From positions 2,040,001-2,072,000 of the forward strand of contig NZ_LN831039.1 of the NCBI RefSeq assembly GCF_001457595.1: 32,000 nt of DNA. Direction: 5' to 3'. Origin of the DNA: Mycolicibacterium smegmatis. GTDB taxonomy: Bacteria > Actinomycetota > Actinomycetes > Mycobacteriales > Mycobacteriaceae. Below, in pieces: positions 17,436 to 26,151 of the stretch. The notes below the pieces were generated by a model, which was not told the DNA's origin, searched no databases, and saw nothing but the letters and a program-made list of their open reading frames with translations. The stretch's first letter is position 1; the number at the start of each line of letters is the position of its first letter. The translations under genes and the position numbers were made by a program.

Positions 17436-18800
17436 TCAGTGCTCCGTGGGGTTCGAGGTGACGGCGCGGCGCAGGGTCCTCAGCCAGTAGCCGTGCTGCA
17501 CCGGGTAGAGGCCTTCGTCCTCGTTGCGCAGGCCCGACGAGACGATGCCGTGCATCCCCAGCGACTCCGCGACCGGATCGGGTCCGGAAAGCCAGTGCTG
17601 CGCACCGCGGCTCATGTCGTTCCACGGTGCGGCCTGCGCGCGGAACGTGAGCTGGCAGGACCGGAACTCCTCGAGGTCGTCGGGGGTGGCCATGCCCGAG
17701 GCGTTGAAGAAGTCCTCGTATTGGCGGATCCGGTGGGCGCGGGCCGCGGCGCTCTCGCCCTTGGGGGCGATGCAGTAGATCGTGACCTCGGTCTTGTCGG
17801 GCGCGATCGGCCGGAAATGCCGGATCTGCGTCGAGAACTGGTCCATCACGTAGACGTTCGGGTACAGGCACAGGTTGCGTGAGCCCTTGACCATGAATTC
17901 GCCCTTGGCTTCGCCGAATCGGGCCTTGAGCTCGTCGAGCCGGTCCCACAGGGGACGGTCCTGCGGGTTGGCGGCCCAGGTCCACAGGCACAGATGCCCG
18001 TGGGGGAACGACCAGTAACCGCCGCCGGACTTGCCCCAACTGCCGGCGTCGAGCGCCTTGGTGTCGTTCTTGGACTCGCCGCACGTGCGACGGCTGGTGG
18101 TGGCGGCGTAGTTCCAGTGGGTCGCGGTCACGTGGTAACCGTCGGCACCGTTCTCGGCCTGCACCTTCCAGTTGCCGTCGTAGGTGTAGGTGGACGCACC
18201 CCGCAGGACCTCGAGACCGTCCGGTGACTGGTCGACCAGCATGTCGATCACCGTCGTCGTGTCACCGAGATGCTCGGTGAGAGGCAGCACGTCGGGATTG
18301 AGGCTGCCGAACAGGAACCCGCGGTACCCCTCGAACCGCGCGACCTTGGTCATGTTGTGAGATCCGTTGGAGTTGAACGTGTCCGGGTACCCGGCGCCGT
18401 CGGGGTCCTTGACCTTGAGCAGGGTGCCGTCGTTGCGGAACGTCCAGCCGTGGAACGGGCAGGTGAGCGTGGTGCGGTTGTCGGTCTTGCGCCGACAGAT
18501 CATCGCGCCGCGATGTGCACACGCGTTGATCAGGCAGTGCAGGTCGCCGTCGCGGTCTCGCGTGATCACCACGGGCTGACGGCCGATGTAGGTGGTGAAG
18601 TAGTCGCCGGGGTTGGGCACCTGGCTCTCGTGGGCGAGATAGACCCAGTTGCCCTCGAAGATGTGCTTCATCTCCAACTCGAAGATCTCGTCGTCGGTGA
18701 AGATGCGGCGGTTGGCGCGGTAGACGCCGGCCGCGGGGTCCTCGATCACCGCGTCGGCCAGCACGTTCTCCAAGTGGTCGGGGGACAGGTGAGTGGTCAT
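17436..18800 (-). CDS. benA: Benzoate 1,2-dioxygenase large (alpha) subunit, Rieske non-heme iron oxygenase
   Basis: Start at 18800 ([18 protein letters not shown]). Rieske motif [28 protein letters not shown] and catalytic-domain motif [16 protein letters not shown]. Confidence 0.95.
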   Translation of the reverse strand: MTTHLSPDHLENVLADAVIEDPAAGVYRANRRIFTDDEIFELEMKHIFEGNWVYLAHESQVPNPGDYFTTYIGRQPVVITRDRDGDLHCLINACAHRGAMICRRKTDNRTTLTCPFHGWTFRNDGTLLKVKDPDGAGYPDTFNSNGSHNMTKVARFEGYRGFLFGSLNPDVLPLTEHLGDTTTVIDMLVDQSPDGLEVLRGASTYTYDGNWKVQAENGADGYHVTATHWNYAATTSRRTCGESKNDTKALDAGSWGKSGGGYWSFPHGHLCLWTWAANPQDRPLWDRLDELKARFGEAKGEFMVKGSRNLCLYPNVYVMDQFSTQIRHFRPIAPDKTEVTIYCIAPKGESAAARAHRIRQYEDFFNASGMATPDDLEEFRSCQLTFRAQAAPWNDMSRGAQHWLSGPDPVAESLGMHGIVSSGLRNEDEGLYPVQHGYWLRTLRRAVTSNPTEH

Positions 18801-18887
18801 GTTTGCCTCCGGTTCGGCTCTTGACAGGCACTCTTCCAACGGGTGGCGGCCGTCACACTAGGGCATTTCCCAGTCCCGACCTGGGCA

Positions 18888-18916
18888 TCTATTGATAAAC
18901 AACCGCGATCAATAGA
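18888..18916. promoter_or_regulatory. LysR-type T-N11-A palindromic operator between benA and the divergent LysR gene
   Basis: TCTATTGAT (18888-18896) - AAACAACCGCG - ATCAATAGA (18908-18916). 9-bp perfect arms with an 11-bp spacer, placed in the divergent intergenic region. Confidence 0.72.
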
Positions 18917-19009
18917 CCGAAAACAAGTCCTTGTTGCCTATGGATCGCGGGTCTACCGTCGGTTGTGTCGGCCATCACAGGCCGTGCCCGTTCGTCAGAG
19001 AGGTCCGCC

Positions 19010-19936
19010 GTGGAGCTCAGGCACCTTCGCTATTTCGCCGCCGTGGCGGATACCTGCCATTTCGGCCAGGCCGCCGAGCAGCTGCATGTCGCCCAGCCCG
19101 CGCTGTCCTACGCGATCCGTCAGCTCGAGACCGAACTCGACGTCACGTTGTTCTACCGCACCACGCGTCAGGTGTCCCTGACCCCGGCGGGGGAGTTCCT
19201 GCGGGCCGAGGCCGCGCGCATCCTCGCCGGCGTCGACGACGCCGAACGCGGCGTGCGACGGATCGCGCGCGGCCGCGGCGGACTGTTGCGGCTGGGCCTG
19301 ACCGGAACCGCGGCGTTCTCCCACCTGCCGCGGATCGCGCGCATCGTCAAACGCGAATTACCCGACGTGGCACTGGAAATCCATGCCGACATGCTCACCC
19401 CGGTCCAGTGCGACAGCCTGCGGTCCGGCGCGCTCGACCTCGGGGTGTTGCGGCCTCCCGCCGTCGGCGACGGCGTCGAACTCACCGTCATCGACGCCGA
19501 ATCGCTCGTGCTGGCGGTCTCGGCAGACCACCGCCTGGCAGCCGAACCTGTCGTGTCGATGGCCGACCTGCGCGCCGAACCGTTCGTGGGGTACGCCAGC
19601 CGTGACTCCGCGGTCAACGATGCGGTGCTGCGTAGTTGCCGCAGCGCGGGTTTCGTCCCCGACCGGGCGCACACCGCGCCCGGAACCGCGGTGCTGCTCG
19701 CGCTGGTCGCGGCCGACCTGGGCGTTGCGGTGGTTCCGGAATCGGTGCGTGCGCTGCCGCTCGACGGCGTGGTGTTCCGCGACCTGCTCGACGGCGGCAC
19801 CGTCGAATTGGCACTGGCCTGGCGACGTGCGGCCGACCGCGATTCTCACGCGAATCCCCTTGTCGGCTCAGTCGTCGACATCCTGGCCCCGGCGCTGAGC
19901 CGGGAGTCCGTCCCGAGTCTTGAGGAGAGACTGTGA
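19010..19936 (+). CDS. LysR-family regulator of the ben/cat genes (CatR/BenM-type role inferred)
   Basis: Likely GTG start at 19010 (VELRHLRYFAAVADTCHFGQAAEQLHVAQPALSYAIRQLE). Divergent from benA; its stop overlaps the catB start (GTGA at 19933-19936). The tracked ORF begins at 18965. Confidence 0.92.
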   Translation: MELRHLRYFAAVADTCHFGQAAEQLHVAQPALSYAIRQLETELDVTLFYRTTRQVSLTPAGEFLRAEAARILAGVDDAERGVRRIARGRGGLLRLGLTGTAAFSHLPRIARIVKRELPDVALEIHADMLTPVQCDSLRSGALDLGVLRPPAVGDGVELTVIDAESLVLAVSADHRLAAEPVVSMADLRAEPFVGYASRDSAVNDAVLRSCRSAGFVPDRAHTAPGTAVLLALVAADLGVAVVPESVRALPLDGVVFRDLLDGGTVELALAWRRAADRDSHANPLVGSVVDILAPALSRESVPSLEERL

Positions 19937-21036
19937 AAATTGTTGCGATAGGCGCAATCCCGTTTTCGATCCCCTATACGAAGCCGTTGCGCTTCGCCTC
20001 GGGTGAGGTGCACGCCGCCGAACACGTGTTGGTTCGCGTGCACACCGACGACGGGATCGTGGGCGTGGCCGAGGCTCCGCCGCGGCCCTTCACCTACGGT
20101 GAGACCCAGCCCGGCATCGTTGCGGTGATCGAAAAGTACTTCGCGCCGGCCCTGATCGGTCTGACGCTCACCGAGCGCGAGGTCGCCCACACGCGGATGG
20201 CCCGCACCGTCGGCAATCCCACCGCCAAGGCGGCCATCGACATGGCCATGTGGGACGCGCTCGGACAGTCGCTGAGGCTGTCGGTCAGCGAGATGCTAGG
20301 CGGTTACACCGATCGGATGCGCGTGAGCCACATGCTCGGATTCGACGATCCGGTGAAAATGGTCGCCGAGGCCGAGCGCATCCGGGAGACCTACGGGATC
20401 AACACCTTCAAGGTGAAGGTGGGCCGGCGGCCGGTACAACTCGACACCGCCGTGGTGCGTGCGCTGCGTGAGCGGTTCGGCGACGCGATCGAACTCTACG
20501 TCGACGGCAACCGCGGATGGTCGGCGGCCGAATCGCTGCGTGCGATGCGCGAGATGGCCGATCTGGACCTGCTTTTCGCCGAGGAGCTGTGCCCGGCCGA
20601 CGATGTGCTCAGCCGGCGCAGGCTGGTCGGTCAACTCGACATGCCGTTCATCGCCGACGAATCCGTCCCGACACCGGCAGATGTGACGCGTGAGGTGCTC
20701 GGCGGCTCGGCCACGGCGATCAGTATCAAGACCGCGCGCACCGGGTTCACCGGTTCCACCCGCGTGCACCACCTCGCCGAGGGTCTCGGCCTGGACATGG
20801 TGATGGGCAACCAGATCGACGGGCAGATCGGCACGGCCTGCACGGTTTCCTTCGGCACGGCCTTCGAGCGCACCTCGCGCCATGCCGGTGAGCTGTCCAA
20901 CTTCCTCGACATGAGCGACGACCTGCTGACCGTCCCGCTGCAGATCAGCGACGGGCAGTTGCACCGCAGACCCGGACCGGGACTCGGCATCGAGATCGAC
21001 CCCGACAAGCTCGCGCACTACCGCACCGACAACTGA
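19933..21036 (+). CDS. catB: Muconate cycloisomerase
   Basis: 367 aa enolase-superfamily protein. FKVKVGRRPVQLDTAVV, VDGNRGW, FAEELCPADD, ADESVPTPADV. Followed by catA and catC. Confidence 0.93.
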   Translation: MKIVAIGAIPFSIPYTKPLRFASGEVHAAEHVLVRVHTDDGIVGVAEAPPRPFTYGETQPGIVAVIEKYFAPALIGLTLTEREVAHTRMARTVGNPTAKAAIDMAMWDALGQSLRLSVSEMLGGYTDRMRVSHMLGFDDPVKMVAEAERIRETYGINTFKVKVGRRPVQLDTAVVRALRERFGDAIELYVDGNRGWSAAESLRAMREMADLDLLFAEELCPADDVLSRRRLVGQLDMPFIADESVPTPADVTREVLGGSATAISIKTARTGFTGSTRVHHLAEGLGLDMVMGNQIDGQIGTACTVSFGTAFERTSRHAGELSNFLDMSDDLLTVPLQISDGQLHRRPGPGLGIEIDPDKLAHYRTDN

Positions 21037-21069
21037 ACAACAGCCCCTACCCGTCAAGGAGATCCACAC

Positions 21070-21963
21070 ATGACCACATTCGAAGCACCGCACATCGAGA
21101 AGATCGAGTTGGCCGAAAAGGCCGGGAAGGCCACGGCCGCGGCGTCGGGGGCGTCGGCCACCGAGCGGTTCCACCTCGACAAGTCACCGTTCGACGCGGT
21201 ACGTGACGTTCCCGCCGAACGTGTCGACCTGCTGGCCCGCGAGGTTCTCGACGCGGTGCACGCCACCATCCGCAGGCACAAGGTGACCTACGAGGAGTAC
21301 AACGCGCTCAAGGCGTGGCTGATCAACGTCGGCGAGGACGGCGAATGGCCGTTGTTCCTCGACGTCTGGGTCGAGCACGTCGTGGAGGAGGTCGCCACGG
21401 CGCACCGGCACGGCAACAAGGGCAGCATCGAGGGGCCGTACTACGTCCCCGACTCGCCCGAACTGGGCGCCGACGCGACCATGCCCGTGCGGCCCGGCGA
21501 GGCCGGCACCCCGCTGGTGTGGGAGGGCACGATCACCTCGACCGACGGGCGACCGCTGGCGGGCAAGGTCGAACTGTGGCACGCCGATTCCGAGGGCTTC
21601 TATTCGCAGTTCGCCCCGGGCATCCCGGAATGGAATCTGCGCGGCACCATCTCCACCGGTGACGACGGTGCCTTCCGCATCACGACGATGCGGCCCGCGC
21701 CGTACCAGATCCCCACCGACGGCTCGTGCGGAAAGCTCATCGCCGCGGCCGGCTGGCACGCCTGGCGTCCCGCACATTTGCACGTCAAGGTGTCGGCGCC
21801 CGGACACGAACTGCTCACCGCGCAGCTGTACTTCCCTGGCGATCCGCACAACGGCGACGACATCGCCACGGCCGTCAAGCCTGAGCTGATGCTCGATCCG
21901 CAGCCTCAGCCCGACGGCAGCGAGATGGTGCGCTACGACTTCGTCCTGGACCCGGAAAGCTGA
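21070..21963 (+). CDS. catA: Catechol 1,2-dioxygenase
   Basis: 297 aa intradiol dioxygenase. GSIEGPYYVPDSPELGA, VELWHADSEGFYSQF, LRGTISTGDDGAFRITTMRPAPYQIP, HLHVKVSAPGHELLTAQLYFPGD. Confidence 0.95.
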   Translation: MTTFEAPHIEKIELAEKAGKATAAASGASATERFHLDKSPFDAVRDVPAERVDLLAREVLDAVHATIRRHKVTYEEYNALKAWLINVGEDGEWPLFLDVWVEHVVEEVATAHRHGNKGSIEGPYYVPDSPELGADATMPVRPGEAGTPLVWEGTITSTDGRPLAGKVELWHADSEGFYSQFAPGIPEWNLRGTISTGDDGAFRITTMRPAPYQIPTDGSCGKLIAAAGWHAWRPAHLHVKVSAPGHELLTAQLYFPGDPHNGDDIATAVKPELMLDPQPQPDGSEMVRYDFVLDPES

Positions 21964-21970
21964 GCCGAGC

Positions 21971-22255
21971 ATGCTCTTTCACGTCCGGATGGACGTCCGG
22001 CTGCCCCACGACATGGACCAGGACACCCTCGCGCAGCTGGTCGCGCGGGAGAAGGCGTACTCGCAGCAGCTGCAGCGGTCCGGCAAGTGGCCGCACATCT
22101 GGCGCATTGTGGGGGAGTACGCGAACTTCTCGATCTTCGACGTCGAGACCAACGACGAGCTGCATTCGGTGATCTCGGGGCTTCCGCTGTTCCCGTACAT
22201 GGACATCCACGTCACACCGTTGGCACGGCACCCCTCGGATATCGACCAGGGCTGA
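21971..22255 (+). CDS. catC: Muconolactone delta-isomerase
   Basis: 94 aa. MLFHVRMDVRLPHDMDQDTLAQLVAREKAYSQQLQRSGKWPHIWRIVGEYANFSIFDVETNDELHSVISGLPLFPYMDIHVTPLARHPSDI is typical of CatC. Confidence 0.95.
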   Translation: MLFHVRMDVRLPHDMDQDTLAQLVAREKAYSQQLQRSGKWPHIWRIVGEYANFSIFDVETNDELHSVISGLPLFPYMDIHVTPLARHPSDIDQG

Positions 22256-22259
22256 AATG

Positions 22260-22751
22260 CTAGGCGCCCACGGCGATTTCGGCGGTGACGGCATCGGTCG
22301 CGCGGATCAGGTCGGCCGGGGCCAGCACGATGTCCAGTCCGCGCTTGCCCGCGCTGCACAACACCTTGTCGAATCGCAGTGCCGAGGAGTCGATCACGGT
22401 CGGCAGCGGCTTGCGCTGTCCCAGCGGGGAGATTCCCCCGACGACGTAACCGGTCGAGCGCTGTGCGGCGGCGGGATCGGCCATCTCGGCCCTGGCCACG
22501 CCGAGTGCGGCGGCCGCGGCCTTGAGCGACAACTTGGTGGGCACCGGGACCACGGCGACCGCCAGGCCTTTCGGCAGCGCGATCACGAGGGTCTTGAACA
22601 CCTGCTCGGCGACGTAGCCGTCGGCGGCCAGTTGGGCGGCTGCCTCCTCGCCGAAGGAGTCGTTGCGGGGATCGTGGTGATACCGCACCACGTCGTGTTG
22701 GATGCCTGCGGCGACCAGTGCCGCGATCGCGGGTGTTGCTGCGCGTGCCAC
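22260..22751 (-). CDS. ybaK: YbaK/EbsC-type aminoacyl-tRNA deacylase
   Basis: Likely GTG start at 22751 (VARAATPAIAALVAAGIQHDVVRYHHDPRN). EQVFKTLVI, KKxL-like KLSLKAAAAALG, RSTGYVVGGISPLGQRKPLPTVID and GKRGLDIVLAP motifs. The tracked ORF extends to 22817. Confidence 0.88.
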   Translation of the reverse strand: MARAATPAIAALVAAGIQHDVVRYHHDPRNDSFGEEAAAQLAADGYVAEQVFKTLVIALPKGLAVAVVPVPTKLSLKAAAAALGVARAEMADPAAAQRSTGYVVGGISPLGQRKPLPTVIDSSALRFDKVLCSAGKRGLDIVLAPADLIRATDAVTAEIAVGA

Positions 22752-22833
22752 GCGGAAAAGCCTAGACAGGGCGCCCGGGTTCGTTTTCGGGCCGGCCCGG
22801 GATCTCACAGCGTGCATGTTCGAGTGACGTACG

Positions 22834-22861
22834 GGAACATTGGGACCCCTGCGTGCTGTTA
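22834..22861 (+). promoter_or_regulatory. SigH-type (ECF) promoter upstream of sigH
   Basis: GGGAACA (22834-22840) and GTT (22859-22861, within tGTTAT), separated by 18 nt. Compatible with the mycobacterial SigH consensus GGGAAYA-N16/17-cGTT, with t in place of c. Confidence 0.75.
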
Positions 22862-23031
22862 TTCGAGCCAGACGTGGTAGTCACGCGCTGTCGGAGTCAT
22901 TTGTCGGTAGCAGGCTCTAGGATCGAGGAGGGATTTTGGTGCCAACCGTATGCCTGGAACGTTCGGCGCTCGCCGGATGGGATCGGGGGCAGCTTGGTGG
23001 TGCCGTAATAGAAGGGAAGGTGTTTCCCACG

Positions 23032-23679
23032 ATGACTGACGTCGACCGGGTCGAGCCCGAGACGCCGCCAGAGCGCGAAGAGACAGATGCCGAGCTCACC
23101 GCTCGGTTCGAACGCGATGCCATCCCGCTGCTGGATCAGTTGTACGGCGGTGCACTGCGGATGACCCGTAACCCGGCAGATGCCGAGGACCTGCTGCAGG
23201 AAACGATGGTGAAGGCCTACGCGGGCTTCCGTTCGTTCCGCGAGGGCACCAACCTCAAGGCGTGGCTCTACCGGATCCTGACCAACACCTACATCAACAG
23301 CTACCGCAAGAAGCAGCGCCAGCCTTCGGAGTACCCCACCGACGAGATCACCGACTGGCAGCTGGCGTCCAACGCCGAGCACTCCTCGACGGGTCTGCGC
23401 TCGGCCGAGGTCGAGGCGCTCGAGGCGCTTCCCGACACCGAGATCAAGGCCGCGTTGCAAGCTCTTCCAGAAGAGTTCCGGATGGCGGTGTACTACGCCG
23501 ACGTCGAAGGGTTCCCGTACAAGGAGATCGCCGAGATCATGGAAACGCCCATCGGGACCGTGATGTCCCGTCTGCACCGCGGCCGCAGGCAGCTGCGCGA
23601 TCTGCTGGCCGGTGTGGCCAGGGATCGTGGGTTCATCCGAGGCCCGCAGCTTGGTGAACCCGAGGAGGTGACGTCATGA
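23032..23679 (+). CDS. sigH: ECF RNA polymerase sigma factor SigH
   Basis: [66 protein letters not shown]...[38 protein letters not shown]. Followed by an overlapping anti-sigma gene. The tracked ORF starts at 22936. Confidence 0.95.
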
Positions 23680-23981
23680 GCGAGACGGAGCGCGAGGACG
23701 AGCGGTGGACCCCGCCGATCGGCCCCATCGATCCCGAGCATCCCGAATGCGCGGCGGTGATCGCCGAGGTCTGGACACTGCTCGACGGGGAGTGCACCCC
23801 GGAGACGCGCGACAAGCTCAAGCAGCACCTCGAAGAATGCCCGACCTGCCTGCGGCATTACGGCATCGAGGAGCGGGTGAAACGGCTGATCGCCGCCAAG
23901 TGCAGCGGTGAAAAAGCCCCGGATAGTTTGCGTGAGCGGCTGCGTATCCAGATCAGCCGCACCACGATCATCCGGGGCTAG
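23676..23981 (+). CDS. rshA: Zinc-associated anti-sigma factor RshA
   Basis: 101 aa with ZAS motif HLEECPTC (HX3CX2C). Overlaps the sigH stop. Confidence 0.93.
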
Positions 23982-23993
23982 AAGACAACCAGG

Positions 23994-24068
23994 TCAGGCG
24001 TTGGGTCGCTTGCCGTGGTTGGCCTTCGAGTGCTTGCGGTCACGCTTCTTGCGGCCACGCTTGGCCAT
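23994..24068 (-). CDS. Small actinobacterial ribosomal protein bL37 (24 aa)
   Basis: Reverse strand: ATG at 24068 encodes MAKRGRKKRDRKHSKANHGKRPNA and stops at 23994-23996. Strong SD GGAGGG (complement of 24075-24080), 6 nt upstream of ATG. Not listed in the ORF track. Confidence 0.9.
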   Translation of the reverse strand: MAKRGRKKRDRKHSKANHGKRPNA

Positions 24069-24191
24069 AATGATCCCTCCAGACGTTTAGAGCTTGCTCT
24101 CTAGTGTCTCATGCCCCGGCGACAGCACTGTCCACCCGGGGTTGTGGTTCGATTAGTGCGGAAAAGCACCGGAGAGTGGAGTGGGGTGAAG

Positions 24192-24407
24192 ATGGCCGAA
24201 GACGTTCGCGCCGAGATCGTGGCCAGCGTGCTCGAGGTCGTGGTTCATGAGGGCGATCAGATCGGCGAAGGGGACACCCTGGTGCTGCTCGAGTCGATGA
24301 AGATGGAGATCCCGGTGCTCGCCGAGGTCGCGGGCACGGTCACCAAGGTCAACGTCGCCGAGGGCGACGTGATCCAGGCCGGCCATCTCATCGCGGTCAT
24401 CGACTGA
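24192..24407 (+). CDS. Biotin/lipoyl attachment-domain protein (TB7.3-like, Rv3221c family)
   Basis: 71 aa. MAEDVRAEIVASVLEVVVHEGDQIGEGDTLVLLESMKMEIPVLAEVAGTVTKVNVAEGDVIQAGHLIAVID, with the biotinylation motif ESMKM. Confidence 0.92.
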   Translation: MAEDVRAEIVASVLEVVVHEGDQIGEGDTLVLLESMKMEIPVLAEVAGTVTKVNVAEGDVIQAGHLIAVID

Positions 24408-24431
24408 CCGGACAAGAACTTCCGTGAGGAC

Positions 24432-24458
24432 CTCCACGCGCCCGAGCGTGCGGGAGGG
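24432..24458 (+). terminator. Hairpin between the biotinyl-protein gene and pdtaS, possible attenuator/terminator
   Basis: CCTC-CACGC-GCCCGA-GCGTG-CGG-GAGG, 25 nt after the stop codon. No U-tract. Confidence 0.45.
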
Positions 24459-24481
24459 CCTGCGTGTGAAGGGGCGCTCTG

Positions 24482-25981
24482 ATGTCGACCCTCGGTGATC
24501 TGCTCGCTGAGCACACCATGCTGCCCGGCTCTGCCGTCGACCATCTGCACGCGGTGGTCGGGGAGTGGCAGATGCTGTCGGATCTGTCGTTCGCCGACTA
24601 TCTGATGTGGGTGCGTCGCGACGACGGTGTGCTGGTGTGCGTCGCGCAGATCCGTCCCAACACGGCCCCGACGGTCCTGCTGGCAGATTCCGTGGGCAAG
24701 CTGGCCGGCCCCGACGACCTTCCCGTCGTCACCATGGCCTTCGAGTCCGGCGCGATCGGCCGGGGCAGCGACAAGGCCGGGCAGGGCTCCCGTACCAGGC
24801 CCGGACTCGACGTCGAGGCGGTCCCGGTGCGCCACCAGGGCCAGGTGGTCGCGGTGCTGACGCATCAGACCGCGCTCGCCGAGCGGCGGCTGACCAGCCC
24901 CCTCGAAGGCGCCTACCTCGACTGCGCCAACGACCTGCTGCACATGCTCGCCGAGGGCACCTTCCCGAACATCGGCGATCTCGCGATGTCGCGGTCGAGT
25001 CCGCGCGTCGGCGACGGGTTCATCCGGCTCAACGAGGGCGGTGAGGTCGTCTTCGCGAGTCCCAACGCGATCTCGGCCTATCACCGCATGGGACTGAACT
25101 CCGAACTCGACGGGCACAACCTGGTCGCGATCACGCGGCCGCTGATCTCCGACCCGTTCGAGGCCCAGGAGCTGGCCAACCACATCCGCGACTCGCTCGC
25201 GGGCGGTTCCAGCATGCGCATGGAGGTGGACGCCAACGGCGCCGCGATCCTGCTGCGCACCCTGCCGCTGGTCGCCGGCGGCAAGTCGCTGGGCGCCGCG
25301 GTGCTCATCCGCGACGTCACCGAGGTCAAGCGCCGCGACCGCGCGCTGCTGAGCAAGGATGCGACCATCCGGGAGATTCATCACCGGGTGAAGAACAACC
25401 TGCAGACCGTCGCCGCGTTGCTGCGCCTGCAGGCGCGCCGCACGAGCAACGAAGAGGCCCGCGAGGCGCTGATCGAATCGGTGCGCCGGGTCACCTCGAT
25501 CGCGTTGGTGCACGACGCGTTGTCGATGTCGGTCGACGAAGAGGTCAATCTCGACCAGGTCGTCGACCGCATCCTGCCGATCATGAACGACGTCGCCTCG
25601 GTGGACACCCCGATACGGATCAACCGGGTCGGCAACCTGGGTGTGCTCGACGCCGACCGCGCCACCGCGCTGATCATGGTCATCACCGAACTTGTGCAGA
25701 ACGCCATCGAGCACGCCTTCGACGCCAAGACCGAACAGGGCTGCGTCACCATCAAGGCCGAGCGATCGGCGCGCTGGCTCGACGTCGTGGTGCACGACGA
25801 CGGCCGTGGGCTGCCCGTGGGCTTCAGTTTGGAGAAGTCCGACCGGTTGGGTCTGCAGATCGTCAGGACGCTCGTGACGGCCGAACTGGACGGCTCTCTG
25901 GGCATGCACGACGTGCCGAGCGGCGGAACCGATGTGGTGTTGCGGGTGCCGATCGGCAGGCGCAGCCGGGGCGCGCAGTAG
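24482..25981 (+). CDS. pdtaS: Sensor histidine kinase PdtaS (GAF-PAS-HisKA_2-HATPase)
   Basis: 499 aa. EIHHRVKNNLQTVAALLRLQARR is the HisKA_2 motif. ELVQNAIEHAF N-box, VVHDDGRGLPVGF, SDRLGLQIVRTL. Confidence 0.93.
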   Translation: MSTLGDLLAEHTMLPGSAVDHLHAVVGEWQMLSDLSFADYLMWVRRDDGVLVCVAQIRPNTAPTVLLADSVGKLAGPDDLPVVTMAFESGAIGRGSDKAGQGSRTRPGLDVEAVPVRHQGQVVAVLTHQTALAERRLTSPLEGAYLDCANDLLHMLAEGTFPNIGDLAMSRSSPRVGDGFIRLNEGGEVVFASPNAISAYHRMGLNSELDGHNLVAITRPLISDPFEAQELANHIRDSLAGGSSMRMEVDANGAAILLRTLPLVAGGKSLGAAVLIRDVTEVKRRDRALLSKDATIREIHHRVKNNLQTVAALLRLQARRTSNEEAREALIESVRRVTSIALVHDALSMSVDEEVNLDQVVDRILPIMNDVASVDTPIRINRVGNLGVLDADRATALIMVITELVQNAIEHAFDAKTEQGCVTIKAERSARWLDVVVHDDGRGLPVGFSLEKSDRLGLQIVRTLVTAELDGSLGMHDVPSGGTDVVLRVPIGRRSRGAQ

Positions 25982-26102
25982 CCGTCACCGGTGCCATTGA
26001 TTGATGGCATTCGGTGTTCTGCACGCCATTATGCGGCCGCGTCAAAATGAAATGTGATCACGATTACGTGAATTCACTGTTGAAATTGTCCAGAAATGAG
26101 TT

Positions 26103-26131
26103 AGGGCCTCGGCGAAATTCGCCGAGGCCCT
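26103..26131. terminator. Strong bidirectional hairpin between the convergent pdtaS and whiB1 genes
   Basis: AGGGCCTCGGCG-AAATT-CGCCGAGGCCCT: 12-bp perfect GC-rich stem, 5-nt loop. Between the pdtaS stop (25981) and the whiB1 stop (26152). Confidence 0.85.
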
Positions 26132-26151
26132 GACTTCGGGTATCTGAGAGC

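Noticed and set aside
15026-17461. 811-aa plus-strand ORF (also 24257..25909 minus, 8124..9224 plus, 29430..30857 plus and others)
   Set aside because: Antisense shadows of well-supported genes in GC-rich DNA. Translations are Arg/Gly/His-rich with no recognisable motifs, while the opposite strand has clear family signatures.
22956-22960. GGAAC near 22956 as an alternative SigH promoter
   Set aside because: No GTT -10 element at suitable spacing. The GGGAACA-N18-GTTAT at 22834-22861 is a far better match.
24432-24458. Hairpin before pdtaS considered as a riboswitch or CRISPR-like repeat
   Set aside because: Single small stem-loop with no conserved aptamer features that I can recognise and no repetition; best treated as a terminator/attenuator candidate.
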